NCBI RefSeq assembly: GCF_037042905.1
Contig: NC_087245.1
Coordinates: forward strand, 37,264,001-37,328,000
DNA length: 64,000 nucleotides
Direction of reading: 5' to 3'
Origin: Lytechinus pictus
Taxonomy: Eukaryota
The position numbers and the translations under genes were made by a program. The stretch's first letter is position 1. Each line of letters opens with the position of its first letter. The notes beneath the pieces are model-generated. The model had not been told where the DNA came from and ran no database searches. It worked only from the letters and a program-made list of their open reading frames with translations. Shown here one piece after another: positions 1 through 13,551 of this stretch.

Positions 1-278
1 TTTCAAGTTAAGCAGATAATGCAAATAAAAGGAATTAATATTGGTATTTTCTGATAATGAAATAGCTTGTGACTTTGAATAAATGCATATCGGACAGAGA
101 AGGTAAATAAAAGGAAAATTACGGTTATGGAGAGAGAGAGTTCACCTCTCCCAAGCTAAAATCAAACCAAAAAAAGCATAGTTACTAGCCTCCTATGTCC
201 ATTATTCATTGCAGCATTTCCAAGAAATCAATTTTACTTTCATCTCTTTCATCGAATGCCACTTTCACTTGAGACCTG

Positions 279-429
279 GTGGGTGTTTCATGAAAGTTGT
301 CGGCATTGACTAAATTGTTAGTACTGAAAATTTCAGTGAAATCCTTGGTTTCGATTGGCTGTAAGGCACTGGCCTCTGACTGTTACTATGGTAACTGTCG
401 GAGAAAGACAACTCTCATGAAACAGTCCC
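279..429. mobile_element. Short MITE, Harbinger-like (CTG TSD); related copies at ~2152-2303, ~14811-14947, ~52700-52825
   Basis: Imperfect TIR gtgggtgtttcatgaa / tcatgaaacagtccc with ctg on both flanks. The internal gttactatggtaac is shared with the 2152 and 14811 copies. Confidence 0.7.
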
Positions 430-806
430 CTGATTCAATGCTTACTAACCATTTCCAATGGTCCGAAGTATCTACTGTCTCTGGTAAATAAATATGGCCA
501 TACTATCTCCTATTAAACAATCTAATTAAATTGCCATGCATCAGGTTGCGCGCCTGAGAGGTGTATCACCGGTCTGTAAAACAATTCAATGGGTCAAGTC
601 CATCACACCATAGTCGGTTACAACCCTCAATCAACTCACTCCAGCAATTACAACATTTTGATGAGTGCAAGAAGGACATAATTCTTGAGGTGGAACTTGC
701 CCAACTCCATTTATTTTCATGTTTCTCCCGTATTTCAAGCCCACCTACTGCGCAGTTTCGGCCAGGAAGTTGCCGGCAATGTGAGCATGGGCAGGGCATA
801 TGAGAA

Positions 807-1450
807 ATTGATTGATTGATTGATTGATTCTTTATTTCCATGCAAAAAATTGATCATACAACATAAAATATATTGACAATATTTCATGGTAAAATAACAA
901 TAAGGCCCCCATTCCACAGAACGGAGACCGTTGAAAGACCACTGAAAGACTTAAAATTGGTGAGGTCTTACAGCGGTCTTCAAGATCACTGAAATTTGTC
1001 ATCTCTGTGGAATGGCTCAGAAAGACCCCTCAAAGAACTCTGAAAGACTGATGGATATTTCTTGTCTTACTGGTCTTAGACTAGTCCTATAGAGATCTTT
1101 CAATGGTCTTTCAGAGATCTTTTATGCAACAAGTGATCTTTCAGAATTCTTTCCATGGACTTTGCCTGGTCTTTCAGTGATCTTTCAGTGATCTTTCAAT
1201 GATCTCTCATGAGTCTTACAGTGATCTCCGCAAAAATCTTGAGAGACTGCCGAAAGATCATTGAAAGACTATAAAGACCTTTGAAAGTTCATCGAAAGAC
1301 TGTTGAAAGACCGCTGAAAGACCGCTGAAAGACCACTGAAAGACCATTTTCTTGTAAGACCGTTGTAAGACTGTTTTGAACAATCATTGCATGGGAGAGG
1401 ACAGTCATAAGCACAAAGGCTTGAAAAAGGACGCCCCTCAAGAACGACTA
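807..1450 (-). mobile_element. Probable LINE (CR1/L2-type) 3' end with (ATCA)n tail, interrupted by the 908-1395 element
   Basis: The minus strand reads ...gaaataaagaatcaatcaatcaatc, with an aagcc..gctt stem-loop-like segment at ~1400-1440 typical of such 3' UTRs. Confidence 0.45.
908..1395. mobile_element. Internally repetitive non-autonomous DNA element (CCCAT..ATGGG termini)
   Basis: Many ~11-bp units (ctgaaagacca / tggtctttcag) in both orientations and short inverted termini; TSD not clear. Confidence 0.55.
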
Positions 1451-2782
1451 CGGCCCTGAATATACATCAATACAAGTCCACATTTGAAAATCACGGTAAA
1501 AGCAGGGCCAAAAGGAAAACACATCAAGGATGTCAAGAATAATCTAATGATAATATTAATAACACACCAGCCACGTGTCGATTAATATTACTTTGTTTTA
1601 CATAAGATACATATAAATACAAACAAACAAAAACCTGTGCAAGTAGGCCTACATACATGCAGTATGATGAAATAATGATATAACAATATCTTAAATCAAA
1701 GTGCTAATAATAAGAAAGCTGGTCATATCTTGATCTACCTTCAATTACGATCAAATTTCAATCTAGACAGTTTTGCAAATTCGCCTTTCAATTTTTTACA
1801 AGCATTTCTTAATTGCAGTTGACAAGACATTATTGCAAGCTTGAAAAAAGTCAATCAAATTGAAGCGACATTGTCAACATCAATGCATTCCTTTCCACGC
1901 AAATGGTTGAGAGCTAGGAGGGCATTACATCTCCAACTCCAATACATCAATCATACTGCCTGGTAGAGACTAGAAAACCAAAAAGAAAGTATCTCTTTCA
2001 CGCTAAAGGCAGTGATGGCATTTGCTTAGAGCTAAAACGGAGTAACTTTTGTTGATTTCAACTCACAACAATCAGTGCACAACCAGATGAGAGCAAAAAG
2101 GAAGTATCTATGTAAGACTGAATGCAGATAGTAAAATCTCTCAGCTGACTCGGGGGACGGTTTCATTAAAGTTGTCAGCACTGACAAGTTGTCAATCTCC
2201 GACAGTTACCATAGTAACAGTCACAGTCTCGTGATCCCTAGCCGCTCAACATCAAGGATTTCACTAATTTTATCAGTGCTAACAACTTCATGAAATGCCC
2301 CCTTGAAAACGCAATTACAATTGGAAATTGTATGCTACATCATGCTATATCAACATCATACTACATACTAGTCTAATGATACACATGGAAAATCACCTAT
2401 AAACTTTTAAAAGAAGACTTCAATCATCATCATCTTCGTCTCAACATACTCTCCACCAATAACTAAAAGTGACAGGACTTACTGAGAACCTGGAGTTGAC
2501 GACATAAACTTTCAACTTAGCGAGTTTCAGGTAATGCTGCCGGCAGCCATTCAAGCGTTGTATCAATATTCAATGCGACATAGGAATGAATCATTCAATG
2601 TTTGTGGCATCCACCCTATCCTCTATACGGACAAGAGAATGACAGGTGCATATATGCAAATGAGATAAGCCCTGGAAGCAATTAGGGCATCCCTGTCAAT
2701 CAGGCCTGTACCCACTGGACAATCAATCTGGTCAATAAACAGTGAATAATTAAAAGCCTTAATAAAACCTATCATTAATTTT

Positions 2783-3052
2783 GTGGAGGTATTGTAGCTC
2801 ATTGGAGAAGTCTCTTGACTTTGAACCACAAGGTCCAGAGAGAGTTCAAATCCCATCGCAGCACTTTGGCAATGCGTTCAGCTAGATTTGCCACTCTCCA
2901 CCCAGGTGTTGTAAATGGGTCCCTGGTAGGAAGGAATTCCTTGAATGCTCGAGTTTCCGATCAAGGTAGCCATGCTTAAGCCAGGGTAATAGTATGCAAA
3001 GCTTTGAAACATTTGTATTAAGCACTATATAAATGTTGCATATTATTATCAT
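2783..3052 (+). mobile_element. tRNA-derived SINE, family 1 (diverged copy)
   Basis: A box (tagctcattgg), B box (gagttcaaatccc), central cacccaggtg..aatggg..aggaattccttgaa block, and tail agcactatataaat..tattattat. Confidence 0.8.
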
Positions 3053-3297
3053 TTTGGTAAATCCTGACAAGTGAATATCAATTATTTATATACAAAAATT
3101 GAAAATTAATATTACTGAAAGAGGGTACTTTTCTACCTAGTTTAAAGGTCAAATTCAATTTCCATTAAGAACAAATACTGAATGATGTAAATGTTACAAT
3201 AAGAGTTCAATATAATCAAGCTTAATCTTTACCCAAATTTTAGATGTGAGATGGACTTCAAACTCCAAATGCTTTTATTCCAAGTTTATGGACAGCA

Positions 3298-3346
3298 TTA
3301 TCATTATTATTATTATTATTATTATTATCATTATTATTATTATTAT
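3298..3346. repeat. (ATT)n microsatellite
   Basis: Seen directly. Confidence 0.95.
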
Positions 3347-4434
3347 GTGATTAGGAGGATAAAAGCATGATAAAATACTAGTTGCTGATCTTTTTTTTTT
3401 GGGGGGAGGGTCGAATTTTGATATTCTTGGGTGACTCAGACTCTGAATAATAAGTGGTTTCATTATAAACACTAAAAAATATGAGCAACCTTATCAATAC
3501 ACTCAGAAGAGTTTATATGAGAAACAAGCCAAAAACTGTTTATGAATGAAAAAATCAAAGCTATGGAAATACACCCTTGAGCTATTCCATTAACTTTTTC
3601 ACACTGTCATAAAATTGATACTATACTAATCACCTATCATAAACAGTAGTCCATTAAGGATCATCAATGGCAACAAAATAATCTATCACACTAGCATCCC
3701 ATATCTCATTTAATTTGGCAGCTAAGAGAAGATGAAGTAATAAAACTCTGCATCAGTGATCAAGACATGACTCACATATTTTTCAAATAGTTCCTTTTTC
3801 GTTTTAAAAGGTAAATAGTTTGATTCAAAACTATATGAAGAGACAAAGGGAAATTGATATCAAGTATAGACCCTTGATATTTTGTGTTTTTACCACCGTT
3901 ACTTTTCAAATTTTTATTTCGGCACATCCAGGGACCTGCTTTCTTTGATGTAGATTTGTCTTCATTAGATTCAAACGACACACAATCTCCGAGGACAGGA
4001 AACAATATTCGTGGAATGAAACTCATTTAAAGGTCAGAAGCGATCCAAGCTGGAAGTCTCCGATGATGCCTTTGCGCATCCGCTGTCACATGACCTCTAT
4101 ATATTGTCTCAAATCTCGTGTTTTTACAACGAAAGATAAAACGAGGACAGACATGTTCATTCTTGTGACACGTGAGCTTAATGGTGTCAGACCATCTCAA
4201 CATTGCCAGACGTATCATGACAAGGTATCATGACATACATATCCATCGGGCGACAGTTACTGGGACTAAAGGACTCAACTGCAAACCCACCCTGTGATCT
4301 CGTTGCAATGCAGGCTTACTTCATATCGACTTACATGAAAACATTCTTCATGTCTTTCGCGGTTCCTTAACCCTTTGCGCGCTGATGTTGCAATTTTCCA
4401 CATTCGTACAATTAAATTCAACAATCGTAATAAT

Positions 4435-4573
4435 TCATTCACCTCATCTGGGTTGAGTGCAGCACAATGTGGATAAATTTCTTGCTGAAGGAAATTACGC
4501 CATGGCTGGGATTCGAACCCACAACCCTCGTTTCAAAGTCAGAAGACCAATCCACTGGGCCACAACGCTCCAC
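4435..4573 (-). mobile_element. tRNA-derived SINE family 1, 5' half only
   Basis: gggattcgaaccc (reverse B box) and tgggttgagtgcagca..tttcttgctgaagga match the copy at 47962-48265. Confidence 0.8.
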
Positions 4574-7059
4574 AATTTCTCCCTATAACACTACAATCCA
4601 CAACGAAAAAAGCCTCCTGTTCATCACTTTTACAAGTTTATCTTAAAATGCAGTAATAGTACAAAAACATCAACTGAAATAACAATTTCACCCCAATCCT
4701 ACAAAAAATACAAATTAATACTTCCCCATTAATAACTGAAAAAAAGCTACATATCGCTTTATTTTCATTCTCCTTTCATTTCAGTTTACATTTTTTTTTT
4801 AGCTCATCTGGATTTACGACCATCGACTTTTATATAGAGCAACAATCCTGAAACATATTTCTCAAGTATATAGAAACTGAATGACTCACAATTGAATGCT
4901 CCAATGACATGAAATTAATGAAAAACATCGTGAAATAATCAGACGAGATTTGACATTTTGATAATTATATTGACGGAATTGATCAAGAAGGCCATCTGGT
5001 TTGAATGCCAACTACCCTCCCACTTATTTCCCCAACACTTCCATGCAAAATGTATTTCTACAGTCCAAGAAAAAACACTTAAAAGTACATAACACACAAC
5101 AACCAAAAAAGTCTTCCCTAAAGGCCTAGAAGACAAAGCTTATAATCTGATTTTAGGATAGCTTTTTACCAATGAATGCATTGATTACTATTAGCAATCA
5201 ATTGTAAAATTATACAATTGATCACTGAGCTTAGTATTAAGGGCCCTATACCATTTCTTCAGTGCCAAAAATGCATCATTTATATACATAATAACAGTTA
5301 CAGTTACAGAATAGTAACAGTTACAGAATTGTCTGTAACCAACAGTTCCTTTGGAGCCACTGGGTTAACAACGTGTATTCCACAACTACCACCGTGCCAT
5401 AAGATATCCAATCAACCAATACAATTAACCATAAAGAGAGAGAGATTCTGATTACCGTTTACTGGTAACAGTGGACCTGTAGATGACTTCCGCCATTCTT
5501 AGGTTTCAGCTTCCTTGAACCGATACCGTTATAATCCCCCCCGCTGAACCGCCCCAAAAAACAAATCACAAGCAAAGAAGTCCCGCAAGATGCTGATGGA
5601 GATCACGTGTCTTGTGATAGAGTCTTAATTCTCACGTTGACGGTCTTGTTAAATGAATTCCCGGTATTCACCAGAAGCTTGCCACATGATCTCTATACCA
5701 ACAGGGATTGTCTGAAGTTGAAAGAAGAGCTTGGTGAGCCAATGCTATTCTCTGACGTTTGGAAATGCATCAAAGACAATCGCTATCTTTCGCTAAGCTA
5801 CAGTGTTTACCATCTAAACCCTGCTTGTCATGGGAAAGTTAAACCTACTTGTTGATTCTTAGACTGTTTAATTGAGGAAATAACAGAGCCATCCAAAGTA
5901 AACATTCGGTTAGTCCATGTCCAATGGACGCAGCGGCCGGTAAAATATTTTCTTCTTACGAGGTGATACCTGATACATCTACTTCACTTAAGTATAGAGT
6001 GTAACTTCCTGCTTTAAGATGTGATAAAACATTCATCAGCCATTTGATATTAATGCTAATAAAAAGATTTGAAATACAGCTAACAGCACTTTGAATGAGG
6101 GCAACGCAAATACCCTTGATAATCGTCTGATCCTGCGTCTGAAAGAACGGGTAATAGCAAACAGTTAACCATATCCTGCGGCCACTTTCAAAGAATTACA
6201 GTGCTCATTCGATACATGCCTACCGCTACGTCGAGAGACAAAAGGCAATGTAGGCTGACAAAATTGCAATGTCCACAAGCTATATTCTGCCTGCATCACA
6301 GTCGTTTCCAAATCCCAGCCCGTCCAGAAGAAATGAAAACTGTCCTATTAGGCGACATCCAAACTAAGCCTTGCAGGATCAAGCGCTAAAGGTCACCATT
6401 AGGCCTAGTCACTATCGACGACATTAGACTGTCCCGCTTTACAGATGGCACTCTTAAAATGGACTCCTAGCTGAAAAGAGAGGCGGTTTCGTCAAGAGTG
6501 ACTAAACCCAAGTTATGAATCACTGACTCATGTCTACAAGGGGTGGAGGGAACTGGACAACAAAATAATCCGTTAATTTCTCTTCCAAGTACTTATTAAG
6601 ATCGCCCCTGTACATGAACTCCCATCAGAGCAGGAAGAACCGAGTTGACAAGTAATAGGAGATAATTAGGTAATGAACTGTTTTTCTTGCTCCATGTTTT
6701 GGGGACGTCCGCCAAACTTGAAGAGCCAGTTTAGTCTCTTTCTGATTCCAGGGTGTGCGACAAACCGTACTCCAGAGGAAAAGGACATTTGATAGAGATG
6801 AAACCAATTGCCTCTTATGATATGAAACCACGTCTCGAAAGACAGAAAATACATGTTTTATACTAGTATTTCCCAGGATATATTTTTGATTGCTTTCAAC
6901 ACTCTCAGGGCTCCGGGAGTCATGTGGTGCCTTGAAGTACTTGTGAAACCAACTTTTTCCGTGGGAAAGATACTTCACAAGAATTTAAAGCTTCTCATAC
7001 ATAAACTATTTTTAATAATGGTTTCAGAACTCTTCAAGGGTCTTCTGATATGAAACCAG

Positions 7060-7188
7060 GGGCCCGTAACACACAACTTAGCATTCATGGCAGAGCATTC
7101 TTCTACGATTGATTACACTGACTACAATGTGCAATCGATCGTGAAAATCATGTGTACAATCAATCACTAACCTTTGTGATACAGGACC
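7060..7188. mobile_element. Harbinger-like MITE (CAG TSD); same family as 61357-61481
   Basis: gggcccgtaacac.. left TIR with a decayed right TIR; cag at 7057-7059 and 7189-7191. Confidence 0.8.
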
Positions 7189-8389
7189 CAGGATCATTAA
7201 ACTTTAATAATAATCAAATTTTTTTTTTTATAAATGTTGATTTTTCATCAAGTTCTAGTTTCTGTTTTTAAATAACACTGCAGTTTAATCTCATAAGTAT
7301 ATATTTTAATGGGAGCCAATAAAATGGAAATCAATTGCACATTGTAAACATGGTTGTAAGTTAAGATATATTAATATAATGTAGGAGCTGGGCCATGTAA
7401 CATAAAATATTAAAATCGATTGTACAATTCAACGTAAGTGTAAATCTATGGCAAGCCATGTACATAAAGTTACAATCGATTGTATAAGTCATTGTATCTT
7501 TTTGTGTAATTCCCCCCGGTAGAATTATATTTTACAATGTATTTCTATGGGATATTCATTTTCAAACGTGAATAAATAAAATATGGCATGAATTGTTTCA
7601 ACTTGAACCTTTCAACATGATGATTCTTGGCTAAAAAAGATAATTACTTGGTTGCAAGGGGGGGGGGGGGGGAATATAGATGTACAGTTGTGCTAAAAGT
7701 TTATAGTGAACCCACCACAAAATGCATGCACTCCTTAGATCATACCGAGTGTTGAACGTAGACAACAACACTACAATGTTCTGCGATGCCAGAGAAATAA
7801 ACTTTATTAAATATAATATTTAACCAACCGACTTCACAATCAAATATCTAAAACTTAGCAGAACTTGAACACTTTAAATATGTTCACTTACTGGTTCACT
7901 AACTTTTAACCACCACCGTACATCCTAACGATCAGTTAGATTACAGTGAGAGGGAGTAAGACATTGAAAGAACTCAGACATGATCTGCCCTACATTTCAT
8001 ATTTCATTCAAACAAAAATCAATCATGACATTACAACATTGCAATTATTCCAGTCCTTGAGCGGGAAATATTAGAAGAGTCTACTTGGCATCAAATTCAA
8101 GTACACATTAACCATTTACTACCTAATACAATATCAAACATATTTCAATTTTAATAAAAAGTTACATCAAATTGAAATTGAATATATCATGGTTTGGAGA
8201 TATTTCTGACACTTAAAATGTCCGTCACAATCTCAAATTTATGTCTATTTTCATTTAGGATAATCATTTTCAAAGAAGTAGATGGCAGAAATATGTTATG
8301 TACAGAATTTGAGGGGACTCTTGAAATGGAAAACAGTAATAGCTAAATTGGTAAGATGTTAGGGGTATACTGCCAGCTAATGTTAGCAG

Positions 8390-8533
8390 GGGCCCGTTGC
8401 AGAAAGAGTTGCATTTAAACGCAAGTCAAAAATCAATCGCAAGTCCCAAATGCACGCCGTTAATTGGTTGAAAATCAAGTTGCACATGATTTTTAGAGTT
8501 GCGATTGATTGCAACTCTTTCTGCAACGGGCCC
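8390..8533. mobile_element. Harbinger-like MITE (CAG TSD); same family as 58834-58974
   Basis: Perfect TIR gggcccgttgcagaaagagttgca; cag at 8387-8389 and 8534-8536. Confidence 0.9.
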
Positions 8534-11410
8534 CAGGGGCATATATTCTGGTTTAAAGAGAGAGGCAAATATAACGACCAATTTCCTTTTATTCTGATCA
8601 AAATATGGGCAGGCATGCCTCATTTTTTTGCTTTTACATCTTGAAGTTCATTCAACAAATAAGACCTCAATATATCATAATTCCCTGTAAATTAAAAGAA
8701 AATCATCATGAGAATTTCTTGCCTTTCTGAAACCATATTTTGACATTCCAGAAAGTAGGCGATATTCCCAAGAGCATTTCCTACATTCACGTGTGCATGT
8801 ATTTTCATTTTATATTGATTGTTGGAAAAATATATTGATGAGCGCTTATTTAATATAATATTATATTCACTTATCATGTCATACCTATCATAATACAATG
8901 ATATCTGTGTGCATCTGAAAGCTAGGTAAATTAGAAAACATTAAAGGAGGGCGACAATATAGTACAAACGACCAAGAATTAATGTGACGCTGTCCATTTT
9001 AAGCAAGGAAAGTTCTCAAGGCTCAGTGACACAAAGTGTAATGCCAGTTAAGCTCCAACCAGAATACGCGACAACACATTATTTCCGACATTCGATACCA
9101 CAGGCCTTCTTATTTCAAATTCAAATTGAGGTTTGTTTTCCTTCAATATCTGCAAGAAAGATGATATCACATGAAATGAGGATTGAGATGTATTGGGAGA
9201 TGACAAACAGAAGGGACGTAAAAGGGCATCATGAGAGATAAACAGACAAACATTTTGATTTACAAGGGTCAAAGAAGAAAAAAAGTGGTTCTCCAATACC
9301 AGACACACAGAAGATATGAGATAGGTGATGAAGAATAAATCAAATGAAATTTATCAAAACAGGATCCATCGTGATGATTTTAAGTAAGATTGGTTTGATC
9401 AGGTTCATATCAGGGTAGTGTTTCATAGAACTGTTTGTAAAGTAAAGCACAACGTCATGCAGACTTTCAGCACAACTGAAACGTTATTATGTCCTAGGTA
9501 GATTGAAACACTGATCAACAAGTGGGTCTCCATGCAAAGACTAGCACATATAAAACTTGCTGAGACTGAGAGGGCCTTCAGTACACTAGGCATTATAGGT
9601 TGCACATTCAGACCCTTAACTCAAGTGACGGGTTTGCACAGCAGACTAGGTGCTAGGTCAGCTGCATATCATTTAGCGCAACAGAGAATCACCAGTCGTG
9701 CATTAAGTCATTCCTGACGTACAAACAGCTAAAAGTTATGGGACAGCTCCCAGCAATTTTTGAATGATGTAACTTGTAAGTAATGATATTATGACACGAT
9801 TTATTACAAAAACATGAACAATGAAAGACAATTAAACATGCACTTTGAATGATATTGGAACTCTTTTGCAGTGAGCTCAAACTTCAAAGTTTTCAATTTC
9901 ATCCTTTTCCCACTAAATCCTGTTGGAAAATTATGTATTTAACAGGCTGCCATATATCCTATATATCCAATCCCCTAAAGCAAAACTTTCACTTGAGTGA
10001 TTGCGTGTAATATGACAAGCTTATCAGATGTGAGCAAACGTAGTATATTTGGGATCCAAGTTTAAGATGTCAGACTTATGGCATCAAATTCAACAACACT
10101 GAAAGCCTCACCTTTACTATGCATATGATGTAAATTAAACAACATATCCAATTTCCTTAGTGAACTGCATTTAAGTTTATAAGTGCACCGAAGATTAATC
10201 GCGCACAACATAGATTAATCGTGCATGACAAAGATTAAAGTTAGGAGCGGGATGTAAACGTCAGGAACTTTTTTTGCCAGGAAATGTAACTAGGAATACT
10301 CATGGAGTGCTCTTTTTATTATTGTTATCAAGCTTTTTATGCATTTTCAGATATAAACTAAAGAATATGTATTTATGATTGCTTGCAGTTAATAAGTCAC
10401 CGTTTTTTCCCCTTTAGACTAAGACGAAAGATACTTTTCTTTTTAGTTTCTATAACTAGTCTCATCTTGCCTTTGATTATGTAATTATATTGGTCTTTCA
10501 TGAATTCCTAGTTTTAATTGGATGAGTGACCAAAGGATTGTCCAGTCACAGTGGCAATACCAACTCGAGACAAACTAAAACATTAAACGTTACTTCAAAT
10601 GACATTCCATCAGTCGGTTTGGAGTTAATTTCATGGGTGTGACTCTAGCATTACATCAGTACATTAAAATAAAAACATAGGAATTAAGTTTCAGAAAACT
10701 TTTCTACATATTTCAGCATTTTGAAAAACTATCCTCCAAAAAACATTTTGCTTTTGCAATTTCACCTTCTTCCAATGCATTTCCTAAGTCTAAAATCTTA
10801 TCCTAACATGCCTATCGACTGCTTACAGGAAGGAAAATACAATAGTATACCAAAACCCCGGTCACAAAGATAGTTGATATGTCTTTGCTACAATACAGTA
10901 TAGATTCTTTTTTTTTCAGTTTGGATTCACTATAAGAGCAAACACTTAAGAGCATCCACCCATCCAGGGAAACATCGGACCGCTATTTGATGGAAACTTT
11001 CTAACGTCACTGACCTGGAAGTGCCCTACACTAGAATCAAAATAGAGAATGAAAGATTGGAAAACACTCAAATGTTTCCCCATATCTTTTGGGGGAAACC
11101 CCCTGACAAACAATATTTCAAGATATCAAAATCTCCTATTTGTTTGCCTTTAAAGATAGAGAGTTTCTTTTAAGTTCTACAATTTGAAATCAATGGATCA
11201 TCTGTCATAATTTAAAATTTCATTTTTTTTTTTTGGGGGGGGGGGCTTGTTAAAGTTAATGCAATTGTCAATCTTTAAGAAAAATGTCATGTTTAAAAAT
11301 TTCTTGTGTAACTTACAGAATGTAGAATAAAGCATCAAACAAATTTTTCGCCATCAAAAAAAAAATTACAATAGAACAATTTTGAACCATCTATATCAAT
11401 ATATCAAATG

Positions 11411-11842
11411 CAGGGTGCTACATAACTTTTTAGAAGCACTTGCCCAGTCGGTCAAGTAAGTTTTTTAAATAGTTGTAATATACTTGCCTGAAAATCTGTT
11501 TCACTTGCCCGAAAAAAATCCTGAAAAAAGTTTGACCTCTTAAAAAGAAAGTACATGTAGGTCTATTGCGGTTTTATAAACCATTGACCTTTTTCTCTCT
11601 TTTGACATGAACTGATCTACCTTGTTATTGCATTTCTTTTTCTAAAGTGATTTTAACTTGCCTGCCATGACCAAAATTAGGGTCAATATCATATCATATC
11701 GACCCTAATTTCTGTCATTTTACGTGAGAATTTTGCTTGCCCAATTCAGGCAAGTAGTTTTGGTCTTTACTTCAAAACACTTGCCCGACTCTTAACTTTT
11801 ACTTTCCCCGGGCAATCGGGCAAGTGCTTATGTAGCACCCTG
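11411..11842. mobile_element. hAT-like non-autonomous element
   Basis: TIR cagggtgctacataa / ttatgtagcaccctg, subterminal cttgccc repeats, and direct repeat caaatg on both flanks. Confidence 0.85.
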
Positions 11843-13361
11843 CAAATGCAACCTATCACACCCTCTTAGTGTCTACTACTTGAAGTAGGATATGAAATAT
11901 ATACGGAAAGACGGTGTAAAACAAAGTCAACCTTCACTTATTACAATCCAACATACTGATATTATTTGCAGAATTTGGACCCCACCTAACCTCTAACCCA
12001 AACACTAACAGAAACAAAAACAAAAGAAAGTGCAGAGACCTACACCAAAGCTGTACCCTCAGAATCATCTTAATAATGACTCTGAAAGGAAGAAAATCTT
12101 GGGTATTAATTACCTTACTGCGCTGTGATAATCAACATCGCTAGCCCTCCGAACTCGTCAGTAATGAGGTGGCTGACGATGATCACGCATGCGCTATTTT
12201 GAGCAGTCTTGCGCTAATCAACAATTTCCCCAATTGAAGCAATTAAGACCGGCCGCTGGGCACGGCTACTTGCAAGAACTGAGCTGAAGGCACACACCCA
12301 TCCATAGATGAGGTGAGGGTCAAAAGGTTGTGTATAGGTTTGGTTCGTGTTCTACAGGCACTAATTTAAACATACTGATTGGGTTACTCAATAGATTTCA
12401 GGCTATTCCAGGAAAACCGTTAACCATGGCTACAGATGAAGGGGAAAATGTTAATCTATACAAAGTAAGGACTCCAGTGTAATTGGAAAGTAAAGCACGG
12501 TAAATAATGAAATGTAATGCTTTCCTATCAGACTCTAAACATGAGCACATATATATCCATAAAAATAAAAATATAATTTAATGAATTGGTCTCTTCAAAC
12601 AAAAGAAAATCTAGCATCTAGAGTACATGTATATTACAGAGTAAATATTAATTTTCAACATAACACCTAAAAAGGCATTTTTTTTACTCGTTGGGCCTAC
12701 GCACCCAGACCAAGTCATCAATGCAAGTTAGGGAAACTACAAAGGGATGATGATGTTAAATGAAAATGGAAAATTGTGGAGTGCCGCAGAAAACCTCCAT
12801 CCATGCCAAGTTCCAGGAATCTAATAGTTAAAGGTATCTCCGACTCCTGTACAACATCCATAAAGGTTACGACAGCTTCCCGTGGCGTGTAAATATCTAA
12901 ACATCGATAAGTATCTCAAGAATCACATATCCTCGAAATACAGAATCAACAAGCGTGACTGTCTCTTCTGCTTTATACGCAAAGGCATCTCTGTTTACAC
13001 TGGGCTCCAGTCACGGTTAATTCCTTTTACAAATTTTCCACCCCGAAAAATTGTAAAAACACAACACTCTTACTTGAGATGTTTGACAGGGGTAAGTGCG
13101 GAAATGGAAACATGAGAAGGAATTTCTGATTTTGTGTTTCCTCTGTTATGTATTAATGTAGCTATGGTGATGCTTCATCCGCAGCGCAAGATCACTTATC
13201 TCCTGTACAATGAACTGAATTGTTGGAAGATTTTGACTTTTTAAAATGTATTGTCATGAACTGCAAAACGGTCAGAGTAAGATTGTTTGATTATTTCCAA
13301 GGATCGGTTTACGATACCTCGCCTGTAGCTGACATGTGTGGTGTAGCAGGGGCATATTTCT

Positions 13362-13551
13362 GATGACACGACATTTGCTCTGGCGACAATTGCTCCGGGC
13401 TTTATTTCGTCTAAGAAATAGGGTAAGGGTTGCAGTAGGGTTTCATGTTAGGTTTAGGATAGTGTTGAATCCATGGTTGAAGTTGGTCATTCCATTTGTG
13501 TGTGGAAATTTACAGCGGAGCAATTGTCTCCGGAGCAAACGTCCTGGAACC
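13362..13551. mobile_element. MITE with 8-bp TSD and telomere-like core (same family as 24270-24702, 28610-28810 and fragment ~46105-46162)
   Basis: TSD atatttct at 13354-13361 and 13552-13559; subterminal acaattgctccg repeats; internal agggt/ggttag repeats. Confidence 0.85.

Noticed and set aside
908..1395. CRISPR-like array (also 30192-30772)
   Set aside because: Eukaryotic intron, degenerate repeats, no unique spacers and no cas genes.
13074..13113. ATG-initiated mini-ORF ending at GTAAGA on the minus strand
   Set aside because: Phase 1, incompatible with the phase-2 neurabin junction, and no other support.
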